A stretch of 64,000 bases of DNA from sequence record NC_028780.1; one strand, given 5' to 3'. Of this stretch, positions 51,770-62,493 are shown in pieces (within the stretch, counting starts at the first letter, position 1; each line of letters begins with the position of its first letter). Below the pieces are notes generated by a model. It did no database searches and was not told the DNA's origin. It saw only the letters and a list, made by a program, of their open reading frames with translations. Source of the stretch: Escherichia phage slur07. The position numbers and the translations under genes are program-made.

Positions 51770-52012
51770 TTAAAAGCTTTCTTCTACTTCATCGTCTGAA
51801 TCTTCTAATTCAGCTCTTTTTCCTGCCAAAGCATCTCTCACAGAGATGTCATCAGTATCTTTTAATTCAGTTTCTTTGACTCTTTTCTTATAATAAGCTT
51901 CAAGTTCTTCTAAACCTTCTAATGTTTGACAAGAGGCAATTTTACCCATAAATTCATCAATAGAAGCTTCATAAAGAAATTGTTTAAATTCTAGTAACAT
52001 CTTTTTCTCCAA
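51770..52012 (-). CDS. uvsW.1: UvsW.1
   Basis: 80-aa acidic ORF immediately downstream of uvsW. Confidence 0.6.
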   Translation of the reverse strand: MEKKMLLEFKQFLYEASIDEFMGKIASCQTLEGLEELEAYYKKRVKETELKDTDDISVRDALAGKRAELEDSDDEVEESF

Positions 52013-52025
52013 AGGGCCGAAGCCC

Positions 52026-53534
52026 TTATAAATTAACTGTTTTCATTACGTAATTAAATTTTTCATCTGCGTAGCGCTGAATACGATCAATGCCGTGTTT
52101 TAAAAGATAGTTCAAATGAACATATTTCTTTTTAGTATTAGCAGATTTTGGCTTAACACCACAATCATCTATGAGGTCCCAGACTATTGCTATTGTCTTA
52201 GAACCATGCTTACGTAATACACGACCGATTGTTTGTAATACAATGATTTTTGATTTAACACCGTGCGCTAAAACAACGTGATGCAGATTTTTAACTGAAA
52301 TACCAGTAGAAAATACACCATAACTAGCTACTATAATTATTCCTTTACCATTTTCAGCTAAGGTTTTCATTATATTGCGGGTTTCGGTATCAACTTCCCC
52401 TGATACGTAATAAACTTTATCGTATTCATTTTTAATTAAATCGAAAATAGCTTTACCATGTGATACATGTTTAAACATGACAAAAGCGTTTTCATCTTTT
52501 TGCGCAAGCTTAATAGCTAATTTAGCGATCCATTTATTTCTTTTACTAAGCCCAGTAATAATTTTTATTTCTTCTTGATAAGTTTTTCCCTTTAATTTAG
52601 TAGTGAACTCATCTGGATAGCGAAGAAAAATACTATTAATTTTTAGCTCAGTTACTTGTCCATCTTCCATTAATTTAGAAGTCGTTACTGGCTTAAATAT
52701 TTCACCAAACATTCCAACATACTGCATGATATTAGCTTTGCCATCACGTAATGAACCTGATAGACCAAATTTAAACATACAGTTATTTAATCCTGATATG
52801 ATAGATGAAATACTTTTTCCTGTAGCAAGATGGCATTCATCATTCATCATCATTCCAAACTGTGAGAACCATTCTTTTGGTTGTTTTACTACAGTTTGCC
52901 ATGTACCAACAACGACTGGTGCATCATTTTTATATTTATCATCTTTTGATGCTCCGCCACCAATTTTCTTTATCATTGCATGGCTGAATAAACGATAGTC
53001 AACGAAGTCATCAGCCATCTGAGTTGTCAGAGCAGTTGTTGGAACAATGATAAGAATTTTACCTTCATAATTTTCCAAATAATACCGAGCAAGCAAAGCT
53101 TGAATTAACGATTTACCAGCGGATGTTGGAAGATTAAGAATTCTACGACGATTAACTAATCCTTCGAACACTGCATCTTTTTGATACCAGTGTGGTTCAA
53201 TTCTTTTATTTCCTGAATAGATTTCTAATTTAGAAAGCCATTCATCAAAATCTTTTCTTGATAATTCTTCTTTTTCGTTAATTTGTGGGTCAATCCAGGC
53301 TTTATAGCCAAAGTTATCACAGAACTTTTTAATTTGCCCGACTAAGCCGAATGGAAGAAGACGATTATAATCTAAAAGACGGATTCGTCCATCCCAGTTG
53401 CCATATCTGAAGCGAGGGTTAAATCTATATCCATCGGCCTCAAACGAAAAGAAATCTCTTAATTCGTGGAACGTGCTCTCTTCACAATCGATGCGTACAT
53501 GACTGAAGTCGTGAAAATGTACTTTAATATCCAT
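52026..53534 (-). CDS. uvsW: UvsW helicase (SF2)
   Basis: 502 aa; Walker A SAGKS and DECH box; matches T4 UvsW. Confidence 0.93.
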   Translation of the reverse strand: MDIKVHFHDFSHVRIDCEESTFHELRDFFSFEADGYRFNPRFRYGNWDGRIRLLDYNRLLPFGLVGQIKKFCDNFGYKAWIDPQINEKEELSRKDFDEWLSKLEIYSGNKRIEPHWYQKDAVFEGLVNRRRILNLPTSAGKSLIQALLARYYLENYEGKILIIVPTTALTTQMADDFVDYRLFSHAMIKKIGGGASKDDKYKNDAPVVVGTWQTVVKQPKEWFSQFGMMMNDECHLATGKSISSIISGLNNCMFKFGLSGSLRDGKANIMQYVGMFGEIFKPVTTSKLMEDGQVTELKINSIFLRYPDEFTTKLKGKTYQEEIKIITGLSKRNKWIAKLAIKLAQKDENAFVMFKHVSHGKAIFDLIKNEYDKVYYVSGEVDTETRNIMKTLAENGKGIIIVASYGVFSTGISVKNLHHVVLAHGVKSKIIVLQTIGRVLRKHGSKTIAIVWDLIDDCGVKPKSANTKKKYVHLNYLLKHGIDRIQRYADEKFNYVMKTVNL

Positions 53535-53536
53535 AA

Positions 53537-54154
53537 TTATGCCTTACTAAATTTGCCTTTAGAATCTCTTTTCATGAGACGACCTTTAATAAATCCGTCG
53601 GGAATAATACCGTCTGGTTGTATTAATTTATTTATTGCACCATTATTGACCCAAAAAGTTCCTGTGGTAGTCGGTTTGACTTTACATCCTTTTCTGGACT
53701 TTCTATTAGGATGAACCATCCCTTTTACAAATCCTTCTGGAACAAGTTCTCCAGGTTTAATAAAAATATTTTTAGTTCCATTAGTGTAACAAGTTGTACC
53801 TAATACCGTGCCCGGTGAGTTTTCAAATCTCTTAGCGGAAGATTCTTTCATCTTTGCTATAACCTCTGTAGTCATAACAATTCCACCAATTCCACCAGGT
53901 TTCATATTATAATAATTTTTGCTTTTTATTATTTCAGGAGTTATAATTTCTTCTTCATACATGTACGCTTCTTCGGAAGTTTTAAACTCTTTTAGTATTG
54001 TTCTAGAGAAATTGTTTTCACCATATTTCTTTATAGCCTGCTGAATTGCCTTACCGGAACCAAGGTAACCATCATTCAAGTCATCAGTAGAGTGTTTTCC
54101 TATATACTTTTTACCATTTATTAGATTTGTTGTTTCATATACAAAGTGGTACAT
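53537..54154 (-). CDS. segE: free-standing GIY-YIG homing endonuclease, SegE-like
   Basis: 205 aa; N-terminal GIY-YIG module HFVYETTNLINGKKYIGKH; located between uvsW and inh/hoc. Confidence 0.8.
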   Translation of the reverse strand: MYHFVYETTNLINGKKYIGKHSTDDLNDGYLGSGKAIQQAIKKYGENNFSRTILKEFKTSEEAYMYEEEIITPEIIKSKNYYNMKPGGIGGIVMTTEVIAKMKESSAKRFENSPGTVLGTTCYTNGTKNIFIKPGELVPEGFVKGMVHPNRKSRKGCKVKPTTTGTFWVNNGAINKLIQPDGIIPDGFIKGRLMKRDSKGKFSKA

Positions 54155-54181
54155 ACTATTTTCCGAGTAATAAATATATCT

Positions 54182-54189
54182 ATATTTAT
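54182..54189 (-). promoter_or_regulatory. candidate late promoter (TATAAATA) upstream of segE
   Basis: Minus-strand TATAAATA about 28 nt upstream of segE start. Confidence 0.35.
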
Positions 54190-54203
54190 ACTGAGGAAAT
54201 ATT

Positions 54204-54884
54204 ATGATAGATAAAGATTATATTGCAGAGCTGAAGGCTCTTGATGATAATAAAGAAGCTAAAGCTAAACTAGCTGAATATGCTGAACAGTTTGGTATAA
54301 AGGTCAAAAAGAATAAATCTTTTGATAATATCGTTGTTGATATTGAAGAAGCCCTCCAGAAGCTCGCTAGTGAACCTATGCCAGAGACTGATGGGTTATC
54401 TATTAAAGACTTAATTGATGCTGCTGATGCCGCAGAGGGATTAAAATATGACGATGAAGAAGTCAATCCAGAAGCAGCACTTCTGATTGATTCTCCAGTT
54501 AAATCTGACATTAAAATTGAAGTAGTAGAAACGGATAAAATTCCTGAAAATACCGATGTTTTGATTGAAGATACTCCTTTTGTTGAAGAAAAATTCGAAC
54601 AAGCTGTAGCTGAGATTATTGAATCTGAAAAGCCGTCTGTATTTACTCTTCCGGAAAACTTTAGCCCGAATCTTCAGTTGATTGGAAAAAATCCAGGATT
54701 CTGCACTGTTCCTTGGTGGATTTATCAATGGATTGCTGAAACTCCGGATTGGAAATCTCACCCAACAAGTTTTGAGCATGCGTCAGCACACCAAACTTTA
54801 TTTAGCTTAATTTATTACATTAACCGTGACGGATCAGTTTTAATTCGTGAAACACGCAATTCTTCTTTCGTAACATTAAAATAA
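54204..54884 (+). CDS. inh: Inh-like protein (inhibitor of prohead protease), acidic
   Basis: 226 aa directly upstream of hoc as in T4; call rests mainly on position and length. Confidence 0.55.
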   Translation: MIDKDYIAELKALDDNKEAKAKLAEYAEQFGIKVKKNKSFDNIVVDIEEALQKLASEPMPETDGLSIKDLIDAADAAEGLKYDDEEVNPEAALLIDSPVKSDIKIEVVETDKIPENTDVLIEDTPFVEEKFEQAVAEIIESEKPSVFTLPENFSPNLQLIGKNPGFCTVPWWIYQWIAETPDWKSHPTSFEHASAHQTLFSLIYYINRDGSVLIRETRNSSFVTLK

Positions 54885-54893
54885 GGATAACTT

Positions 54894-56024
54894 ATGGCTT
54901 TTACAGTTGATATAACTCCTAAAACACCTACTGGAGTTATAGATCAGACTCAGCAGTTTACTGCTACACCCAGTGGTCAAACTGGAGATGGACCTATTAC
55001 ATATGCTTGGACTGTTGATGATGCACCACAGGAAGAAACGTCAGCAACTTTTAGTTATGTACTAAAAGGACCTGCCGGTCAAAAAACTATTAAAGTAGTT
55101 GCAACCAATCAAGTTGCCGATAGTAGTCCCGAAACAGCTGAAATTAGTACAACTATCACAGTTCAAAATAAGACACAAACAACTACCTTGGCAATAACTC
55201 CTGGTAGCCCTGATGCTGGAGTAATCGGAACAGCTGTTGAATTTACCGCTGCTTTAGATTCACAGCCACCAAGTGTATCTGCTACGTATCAGTGGTATGT
55301 AGATGATTCTCCTGTTAGTGAAGCAACTTCCGCTACATTTAGCTATACTCCAACTACAAGTGGAGTAAAAAGAATTAAATGCGTAGCCCAAGTAACAGCG
55401 ACAGATTATGATGCAAAGGAAGTTACTTCTAATGAAGTGTCATTGACAGTTAATAAGAAAACAATGAATCCACAGGTTACATTGACTCCTCCTTCTATTA
55501 ACGTCCAGCAAGATGCTTCGGCTACATTTACGGCTAATGTTACGGATGCTCCAGAAGAAGCACAAATCGAATATTCATGGAAGAAAGATTCTTCTCCTGT
55601 AGAAGGGTCAACTAATGTATACACCGTTGATACATCATCTATTGGAAGTCAAACCATTGAAGTTACTGCAACTGTTACCGCCGCTGATTATGATAGCAAA
55701 ACTATTACAGCAGAAGGCCAAGTTCAAGTGACTGATAAAGTTGCTCCGGAACCAGAAGGTGAATTACCTTATGTTCATCCTCTTCCACATCGTACTTCAG
55801 CTTATATCTGGTGCGGTTGGTGGGTTATGGATGAAATCCAAAAAATGACTGAAGAAGGTAAAGATTGGAAAACTGACGACCCAGATAGTAAGTACTACTT
55901 GCATCGTTACACTCTTCAGAAGATGATGAAAGACTATCCAGAAGTTGATGTTCAAGAATCACGTAATGGATACATCATTCACAAAACTGCTTTAGAAACT
56001 GGTATCATCTATACCTATCCATAA
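54894..56024 (+). CDS. hoc: Hoc, highly immunogenic outer capsid protein (Ig-like domains)
   Basis: 376 aa matching T4 Hoc, with repeated Ig-like modules and capsid-binding C-terminus. Confidence 0.92.
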   Translation: MAFTVDITPKTPTGVIDQTQQFTATPSGQTGDGPITYAWTVDDAPQEETSATFSYVLKGPAGQKTIKVVATNQVADSSPETAEISTTITVQNKTQTTTLAITPGSPDAGVIGTAVEFTAALDSQPPSVSATYQWYVDDSPVSEATSATFSYTPTTSGVKRIKCVAQVTATDYDAKEVTSNEVSLTVNKKTMNPQVTLTPPSINVQQDASATFTANVTDAPEEAQIEYSWKKDSSPVEGSTNVYTVDTSSIGSQTIEVTATVTAADYDSKTITAEGQVQVTDKVAPEPEGELPYVHPLPHRTSAYIWCGWWVMDEIQKMTEEGKDWKTDDPDSKYYLHRYTLQKMMKDYPEVDVQESRNGYIIHKTALETGIIYTYP

Positions 56025-56030
56025 TCGTAA

Positions 56031-56055
56031 GGGGCTTCGGCCCCCTTTCTTCATT
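56031..56055 (+). terminator. intrinsic terminator after hoc (UUCG tetraloop)
   Basis: GGGGC-TTCG-GCCCC followed by CTTTCTTCATTTT. Confidence 0.6.
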
Positions 56056-56114
56056 TTGAAAGCACGCAAAACACAATCAGAAAATGATGTATATAATGGC
56101 ACCAACTCGATAAC

Positions 56115-56330
56115 ATGAGATTGATTATGAGAACTGAGGTTGTGGTGTTTACTCTTCATGAGTCTGGAAAGTCATTCATTGAAATTGCTCGTGAATTGAA
56201 CTTACAGGCAAAAGAAGTGGCTGTATTATGGGCTCGAGCTATGACTGCTAAAAATAAATTTGAAACTCGAGAAAAAGTTGTCTATAGAAAAAGACATATC
56301 AATAAAAAGGTGAAAAATGGAACAGTATGA
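56115..56330 (+). CDS. hypothetical protein (24.3-like position)
   Basis: 71-aa ORF. Confidence 0.5.
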   Translation: MRLIMRTEVVVFTLHESGKSFIEIARELNLQAKEVAVLWARAMTAKNKFETREKVVYRKRHINKKVKNGTV

Positions 56331-56595
56331 TCTTTATGAAAATGAATCTTTTGCTAATCAATTACGCGAAAAAGCATTCAAAAGTAAACAGTTTAATCTA
56401 GAGTGTTTTATTAAAGATTTTTCTGAACTTGCTAATAAAGCAGCTGAACAAGGTAAAACACATTTTAATTATTATTGTATTGCTCGTGATAAATTGATTA
56501 CTGAAGAAATTGGTGATTGGCTGAGAAAAGAAGGATTTAGCTTTAAAGTCAATAGTGATCAGCGTGATGGTGATTGGTTAGAAATTACATTTTGA
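56317..56595 (+). CDS. hypothetical protein (24.2-like position)
   Basis: 92-aa ORF. Confidence 0.5.
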   Translation: MEQYDLYENESFANQLREKAFKSKQFNLECFIKDFSELANKAAEQGKTHFNYYCIARDKLITEEIGDWLRKEGFSFKVNSDQRDGDWLEITF

Positions 56596-56604
56596 GGATT
56601 AATT

Positions 56605-57609
56605 ATGTTTAAAAAGTATAGCAGTCTTGAAAATCATTACAACTCTAAATTTATTGAAAAACTTTACAGTTTAGGATTGACTGGCGGCGAATGGGTAGCT
56701 CGTGAAAAGATTCATGGTACAAATTTCTCGTTGATTATTGAGCGTGATAAAGTAACTTGTGCTAAACGTACTGGACCGATTCTTCCTGCTGAAGATTTCT
56801 TTGGGTATGAAATTATTTTGAAGAATTACGCTGATTCCATTAAAGCAGTACAAGATATTATGGAAACCTCAGCGGTTGTATCTTATCAAGTCTTTGGCGA
56901 ATTCGCTGGACCTGGCATTCAGAAGAATGTTGATTATGGCGATAAAGATTTTTATGTATTTGACATTATTGTTACTACAGAAAGTGGTGATGTGACTTAT
57001 GTCGATGATTATATGATGGAATCATTCTGTAATACGTTTAAATTTAAAATGGCTCCACTTTTAGGTCGCGGTAAATTTGAAGAACTTATTAAATTGCCAA
57101 ATGATTTAGATTCTGTCGTCCAAGATTATAATTTTACAGTAGACCATGCTGGATTAGTTGATGCAAATAAATGCGTTTGGAATGCCGAAGCAAAAGGCGA
57201 AGTATTTACCGCTGAAGGATATGTATTGAAACCTTGTTATCCTTCTTGGCTGCCTAATCGCAATCGTGTAGCGATTAAATGCAAGAATTCCAAATTTAGT
57301 GAAAAGAAAAAGTCTGATAAGCCTATTAAAGCTAAAGTTGAACTATCAGAAGCTGATAACAAATTGGTGGGAATTTTAGCTTGTTACGTTACACTGAACC
57401 GGGTAAATAACGTTATTTCTAAAATTGGCGAAATTGGTCCAAAGGATTTTGGAAAGGTGATGGGGCTAACTGTTCAAGATATTTTGGAAGAAACTTCTCG
57501 TGAAGGTATTACTTTAACTCAAGCAGATAATCCTTCTTTGATTAAAAAGGAATTAGTTAAAATGGTGCAAGATGTACTTCGTCCAGCTTGGATTGAGTTG
57601 GTGAGCTAA
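56605..57609 (+). CDS. rnlB: RNA ligase 2
   Basis: 334 aa; adenylation motif KIHGTN; matches T4 Rnl2. Confidence 0.92.
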   Translation: MFKKYSSLENHYNSKFIEKLYSLGLTGGEWVAREKIHGTNFSLIIERDKVTCAKRTGPILPAEDFFGYEIILKNYADSIKAVQDIMETSAVVSYQVFGEFAGPGIQKNVDYGDKDFYVFDIIVTTESGDVTYVDDYMMESFCNTFKFKMAPLLGRGKFEELIKLPNDLDSVVQDYNFTVDHAGLVDANKCVWNAEAKGEVFTAEGYVLKPCYPSWLPNRNRVAIKCKNSKFSEKKKSDKPIKAKVELSEADNKLVGILACYVTLNRVNNVISKIGEIGPKDFGKVMGLTVQDILEETSREGITLTQADNPSLIKKELVKMVQDVLRPAWIELVS

Positions 57610-57616
57610 ATAAAAA

Positions 57617-57640
57617 GGGACCGAAAGGTCCCTTTGTTTT
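57617..57640. terminator. bidirectional terminator between convergent rnlB and gene 24
   Basis: Palindromic GGGACC-GAAA-GGTCCC with T-runs on both sides. Confidence 0.6.
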
Positions 57641-58922
57641 ATTCATCAACGATAATTTTTGGTAGCTTAACACCTAATAAAACAGACAAATCTGAACGAC
57701 CCGCCATTTTATCCATGTCTCCACCATCAATTACTCTTGCTTCTTTTTCATCTTTTGCTACGGTGTAAGGATTTGCTGATAAAGCATATCTAACTAATAA
57801 ACCGATAGATGGCTGCAAACTTTCTGGGTCAACTACAACTTTAAATGCACCTACATGTTCAGGGTCATCTAAGTCGAGACCTTCTGTATACGGAGCATAG
57901 AAAATTGAACCAACAATTTCTTTTTCACCGATATTTTCTACTACCCCCACGATTACATAGTCTAATGGGCTGTTAGTATCGCAATAAAGCGGTAAACCAT
58001 TAGCTAAGAACCCGTAGGCATTTTGTGAAAGATATTTATCATCTTCCGGTTTATGTTTTAACCAACCTGATGCAGCAAGAATCGCAGCAGCACGAGCTGA
58101 AGCTACACAAAATGTTGCTGTATAAGTTGATTCTTTTTGGATATGTGAAACCATTTCACATACCATTCGATATAATGAACGACCAGCTTCAGGTGCAGAT
58201 GCATAACTCAAATCGATGAATCCATTATCAGTAATTCCTGTAACTTTATAGCGTTTTGACACTGTAATCAAAGACTGCAGAATATCTTTATTGATTTCAT
58301 CTGCCATTTCAGTTGCAAGCAAATCTTCCAAGAAATTAGGAGCATCGAATCCATTTGCTTCTAAATCTTGCGCTAATTCAACTGTGATGCCAGTTTTAAG
58401 TTTACGAGATTTAACTGCGGTTTGCCATTTATTAATCTGGAATCTAGCATCCGCAATTTCACTATCAGAGCTTTCAAATTTGCTTGTTGACGCTGCGTCA
58501 GAAAATAGACGAACCTTTAAAAGAACAATTGCAATCTGAAGAGCTAACTCTAAGTCGCTTTCTTCAATATCAGCAAATGGAGTATCTTCTAATACTTTAT
58601 AAACGATATTATTATATTTGAATAAATCGCCTTTATTGAGAGTTAATTTAGACTCTTCTGTTAATTCTGTGATTTGTTCTCGGTCTACATATCCAGCTTC
58701 GCCAGCGTAAGTAGCACCAGTTTTAAATGTAAATTCATTGTCTGGGTTAAGGTATTTGATACCATAAAAAGCAGCAACAGGTTGATTAGTTCTTTGCGTT
58801 GCTACAATGTCAGAATATATTAATTTAGTGGTAGCGCGAGTCAAAGCAACGAGATTTGGGCGACCGATTGAGTTGCTATTCGTTGTGGTTGATTCGCGCA
58901 GAAGTTCGTTGATTTTAGCCAT
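57639..58922 (-). CDS. 24: gp24 capsid vertex protein
   Basis: 427 aa matching T4 gp24. Confidence 0.93.
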   Translation of the reverse strand: MAKINELLRESTTTNSNSIGRPNLVALTRATTKLIYSDIVATQRTNQPVAAFYGIKYLNPDNEFTFKTGATYAGEAGYVDREQITELTEESKLTLNKGDLFKYNNIVYKVLEDTPFADIEESDLELALQIAIVLLKVRLFSDAASTSKFESSDSEIADARFQINKWQTAVKSRKLKTGITVELAQDLEANGFDAPNFLEDLLATEMADEINKDILQSLITVSKRYKVTGITDNGFIDLSYASAPEAGRSLYRMVCEMVSHIQKESTYTATFCVASARAAAILAASGWLKHKPEDDKYLSQNAYGFLANGLPLYCDTNSPLDYVIVGVVENIGEKEIVGSIFYAPYTEGLDLDDPEHVGAFKVVVDPESLQPSIGLLVRYALSANPYTVAKDEKEARVIDGGDMDKMAGRSDLSVLLGVKLPKIIVDE

Positions 58923-58949
58923 TGCGCTTTCCTTTCAGTTTATATGATT

Positions 58950-58957
58950 TATTTATA
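58950..58957 (-). promoter_or_regulatory. late promoter (TATAAATA) for gene 24
   Basis: Minus-strand TATAAATA about 28 nt upstream of gene 24 start. Confidence 0.5.
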
Positions 58958-58974
58958 CCATAAAAACAACTAAA

Positions 58975-58990
58975 GGGACCCGAAGGTCCC
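58975..58990 (-). terminator. terminator hairpin downstream of gene 23 (UUCG loop)
   Basis: Minus strand reads GGGACC-UUCG-GGUCCC followed by a U-rich tract. Confidence 0.6.
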
Positions 58991-59005
58991 TTAAATCGTC
59001 AAAGA

Positions 59006-60571
59006 TTAGATACCTTTAACATATACACGGCGGAAGTAAGCGTTCTTACCAAGGCTGTTCAGGATAGAAGGCATACCACTCTGAATGCGAGAAGCCGGAG
59101 CCTGAGCAGCGGATTCTGCAAATGGGTTGATACCGATACCGTAACGAGTTTTGAATCCCATTACTGGTTGGAAGTTCTTCGGATCGGAACCACGCAGCGG
59201 AGTCAGAGCTACATATGGAGCATAGTAAATACCAGCATCCATTTCGTTCGGACCTTTATAACCTACAGTGAAATAATCCTGTTTAGCATACTGGTCGATG
59301 TATACGCGGTATTTACCACCAAGTACACCGGCAAATACAGACTTAGTAGTGTCGGTATTAAAACCGGAAGCCAGACCCTGTGCAGCGTAAGAAATACCAG
59401 TATCAACAGAAGCCAGTACGTTAACTACGTTACGGGAAGCGATAATGAAGTTACCTTCGCCGCGACCAGTCTGACGAGCAATTTCAACTGCTTCTTTATC
59501 AATCTGGAACAACAGAGATTTAAAGCTTTCACCGGCCCAACGAGCACCACGGATATCAATCGGGTCCTGGAAGTCAAATACACCAGCTTTAGAACCCGGA
59601 GTCAGGGTCATACCAGATTTACCAACCTGTGCAGAGTAGTTAATCCAATCAACAACTTCACGGTTGATTTCCAGCATGATTTCGGTAGCCAGAATACCAG
59701 ACAGTTCAGCATCAGCATCCATACCGTGAACAGCGCGGAGGTCTTGTGCTAATTCAATAGAGTAAGCAGCTTTCAGCTGACGAGATTTAGCTTCGATAAC
59801 TTGCTTATCGATACGGAAGCCCATTTCATTCCATGGGTTATCGGTAGAACCATTGAAACCTTCCTGAAGTTCAGCGATAGAAGTAGCCATACCTTCAGCG
59901 ATTTCTACCAGTGCACCAGCTTCCATTTGTTTCTTAATTTCAGCATCTAATTTAGCAGCATCAGTCGCACCAGCATCGATTGTTACTTGAACAGAAGCTT
60001 GCAGATACACAGTACCAGTGTCCTGGAAGAAGTGAGTATAGATATCACCTACTGTGGTTTGTGTGCTAGCAGCCAGAGCTGGGAATTTCTTAGCAGCACC
60101 CTGACCAGAGAACATTGCATCTGGACCATACATTGGGTGGAATGCTTCTTTAGCATCGGCAGCGATTGGGTCTTTACCGTATACAGCGCGCAGTGCGAAT
60201 ACCTGACCAGTCGGGCTGTTCATCGGCTGAACACCGCAAATATCGAAAGCAATCAGGTTAGGAATAGCACGACGTACCATACCCATAACAGCTGGGCCAA
60301 TCTGAGTTACTGCGCCAGAAGTCTGACCTGCAGCGATGTTGGTAGCATTGTAACCGTGGTCACCACCGATTTCAGCTTCTGTTAAGAAAGAACCGAATGC
60401 CTGAGCAATTTTTTCGTCTTTATATTCCGGAGCTGTCTGGAAATCTTTTTCCTGGTTTTCAAAGATTTTAGCGATAATCGCTTGTTTGCTATTAGCAATT
60501 TCCGGTAAACCTTCACCTTCCAGTAATGGCTTCCATTTGTTCAAAAGTTCAGCTTTAGTTTTGATAGTCAT
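59006..60571 (-). CDS. 23: gp23 major capsid protein precursor
   Basis: 521 aa, near-identical to T4 gp23. Confidence 0.95.
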   Translation of the reverse strand: MTIKTKAELLNKWKPLLEGEGLPEIANSKQAIIAKIFENQEKDFQTAPEYKDEKIAQAFGSFLTEAEIGGDHGYNATNIAAGQTSGAVTQIGPAVMGMVRRAIPNLIAFDICGVQPMNSPTGQVFALRAVYGKDPIAADAKEAFHPMYGPDAMFSGQGAAKKFPALAASTQTTVGDIYTHFFQDTGTVYLQASVQVTIDAGATDAAKLDAEIKKQMEAGALVEIAEGMATSIAELQEGFNGSTDNPWNEMGFRIDKQVIEAKSRQLKAAYSIELAQDLRAVHGMDADAELSGILATEIMLEINREVVDWINYSAQVGKSGMTLTPGSKAGVFDFQDPIDIRGARWAGESFKSLLFQIDKEAVEIARQTGRGEGNFIIASRNVVNVLASVDTGISYAAQGLASGFNTDTTKSVFAGVLGGKYRVYIDQYAKQDYFTVGYKGPNEMDAGIYYAPYVALTPLRGSDPKNFQPVMGFKTRYGIGINPFAESAAQAPASRIQSGMPSILNSLGKNAYFRRVYVKGI

Positions 60572-60589
60572 TTGTGTTAACCTTTAAAA

Positions 60590-61399
60590 TTAGAAACGAG
60601 ATGCGACTTTCGCATATACACTTACAATATCTTCTGCACCAGGTGCAGCTTTATCTTCTACAGCTTCAGTGACGAAATTCAGTCCGGCTGCTTCAGTATC
60701 AGGAGTATTTATACTCTCAGTAATAGTGCTTTCATCTTTATTAGATTTCTTCACCATTTCTACGATTGCACTCAATTTACTTGAGAATGCATCTGAATAA
60801 TCCATACCTTCGACCAGAGCAGAGACTTTTTCTTTTTGAGACTCAGTCAGATCTTTAGTACTTTCGCTCAATGCCACTTCACGCTGCACATAATTGATAT
60901 ATGCGTCACGCTTATTGAGTTCTTCGAACAGACGAGCTGATTCTTCTTTATGTTCTTGCAGCTCTTCTTCCATTTCAGCTACAACATCAACTGATTCTTC
61001 TGGAACAACAACGTTGTGTTCAACAAAGAGCTCTTTTAATCCACCAAGCATGGATTCAAACAGTTCGGCTTTGATGCCTTTATCAACTGCTAATTTATTT
61101 TCAGCGAGCCATTCTTTTGCAAGATGGTCAATGAATTTAGAAGCTTGCTCAGCGATTTTCTTCTCAGCTTTTTCTTCGGCTTCTTCTTTATTTTTTTCTA
61201 CTTCTTCTTCTGCTTTTTCAGCAATTTTAGCGATATGAGATTCAGCTAATTTAACGGCGTGCTGCTTGACGGTAGCTTCGAATACAGTGCCGAAAGTTTC
61301 TTTTGCTTCCGGAGAAATATTAACTGATTCGAAAATACTATCAAGAGCAACGGAAGCATCAATTTTCTGCGCTTCAGCAATCAGTTGTTCTTTAAGCAT
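60590..61399 (-). CDS. 22: gp22 prohead core scaffold protein
   Basis: 269 aa, acidic coiled-coil protein matching T4 gp22. Confidence 0.9.
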   Translation of the reverse strand: MLKEQLIAEAQKIDASVALDSIFESVNISPEAKETFGTVFEATVKQHAVKLAESHIAKIAEKAEEEVEKNKEEAEEKAEKKIAEQASKFIDHLAKEWLAENKLAVDKGIKAELFESMLGGLKELFVEHNVVVPEESVDVVAEMEEELQEHKEESARLFEELNKRDAYINYVQREVALSESTKDLTESQKEKVSALVEGMDYSDAFSSKLSAIVEMVKKSNKDESTITESINTPDTEAAGLNFVTEAVEDKAAPGAEDIVSVYAKVASRF

Positions 61400-61429
61400 T
61401 TTGTAGTCCTGTTGTTTAGATAATAATAT

Positions 61430-62068
61430 TTATAACGCTTTTTTCATGGCCTCTGCGAGAGCCATATAGGCGTCATCGGCACTTGTATCGGCTTCCGCCG
61501 TCTGTGATTCGGTAATTTCCTTAGGAGTTACCCATGCATCTGGAGCACTTGGACCCCATACTGCATCAACACCTACAGTTAATTTGAATCCTTCGTTTAC
61601 GATACGATAACCTTTATTTGTGTCAGTCAATGAACCTAATCCACGAGAAGAAACTCCTGGAATCCATCCGGCACGAATATTAGCTGCTAATTTATCTCCA
61701 GGACCATGGTCACCTTCAATAACACGAGCTCGTCCGTATACGTCATTTCCTTTCCACCACATATCTTCTATAATGATAGCGGCTTGCATCGGGTCAACAT
61801 TAGCGCGTGGAGGATGATTTAATTCTCCGAGAGCTTGTTTAGTTAAAACTTGCTCATTAATATAGTCTTTTACCGCTTTTTCTAATATACGTTTTGGATA
61901 AAGACGTTTATTTCTATTGACGACTTCCGCTTGCATGAATATTCCTTCGATGTATAAACCCGGTTTTAAACCTAAGTCTTTTCCATCGTGAGATTCAAGC
62001 ATTGGCACGCCATCAATAATTTCGCCAGGTTGACCCCAAGTTTCAATTAGTAATTGGGGTTCATTCAT
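61430..62068 (-). CDS. 21: gp21 prohead core protease
   Basis: 212 aa matching T4 gp21. Confidence 0.92.
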   Translation of the reverse strand: MNEPQLLIETWGQPGEIIDGVPMLESHDGKDLGLKPGLYIEGIFMQAEVVNRNKRLYPKRILEKAVKDYINEQVLTKQALGELNHPPRANVDPMQAAIIIEDMWWKGNDVYGRARVIEGDHGPGDKLAANIRAGWIPGVSSRGLGSLTDTNKGYRIVNEGFKLTVGVDAVWGPSAPDAWVTPKEITESQTAEADTSADDAYMALAEAMKKAL

Positions 62069-62493
62069 TAGCTTAATCCTAATGCTTTACGGCGTTTAAG
62101 AGCTTTTTTACGCTTACGCTGAGCACGAGATTGACCTGCTGGATTGGCAATCTTCGTTTTGGTAGCTTTACGAGCAATTTGTCTACGTTTTGCTTTAGAC
62201 AGCCCAGTGGTTTGAAATGCATTACGTTCACGCGTTTTGCGGTCTTTAGTGCGAGTAATTTCACCACGGGCGGAAACATGTTTAACGATAAATTCATTTA
62301 ACGGCATATTTTCATTAATAGAAGCTAATGCAACCGCTAAATCAGTTTCATCATCAAGCATATTCTCGACAATTGTATTTATATCGTCTTTATTTAAAGC
62401 AGAAGACAATTCGTCAAAGCGACCCTGTGCTTCAGGAATAAGTGCTTCGACATTCTCGAGAACTAATTCATGAGTTTCAGGGATCAGAAGCAT
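62068..62493 (-). CDS. 68: gp68 prohead core protein
   Basis: 141 aa, same length and position as T4 gp68. Confidence 0.8.

Noticed and set aside
54218-54779. Minus-strand ORFs 54218-54511 and 54441-54779 inside inh
   Set aside because: Antisense and overlapping each other within a coding gene; Ser/Phe-rich low-complexity translations.
59168-60385. Plus-strand ORFs 59168-59752 and 59987-60385 inside gene 23
   Set aside because: Antisense to the highly conserved major capsid gene; no ribosome-binding site and no plausible protein features.
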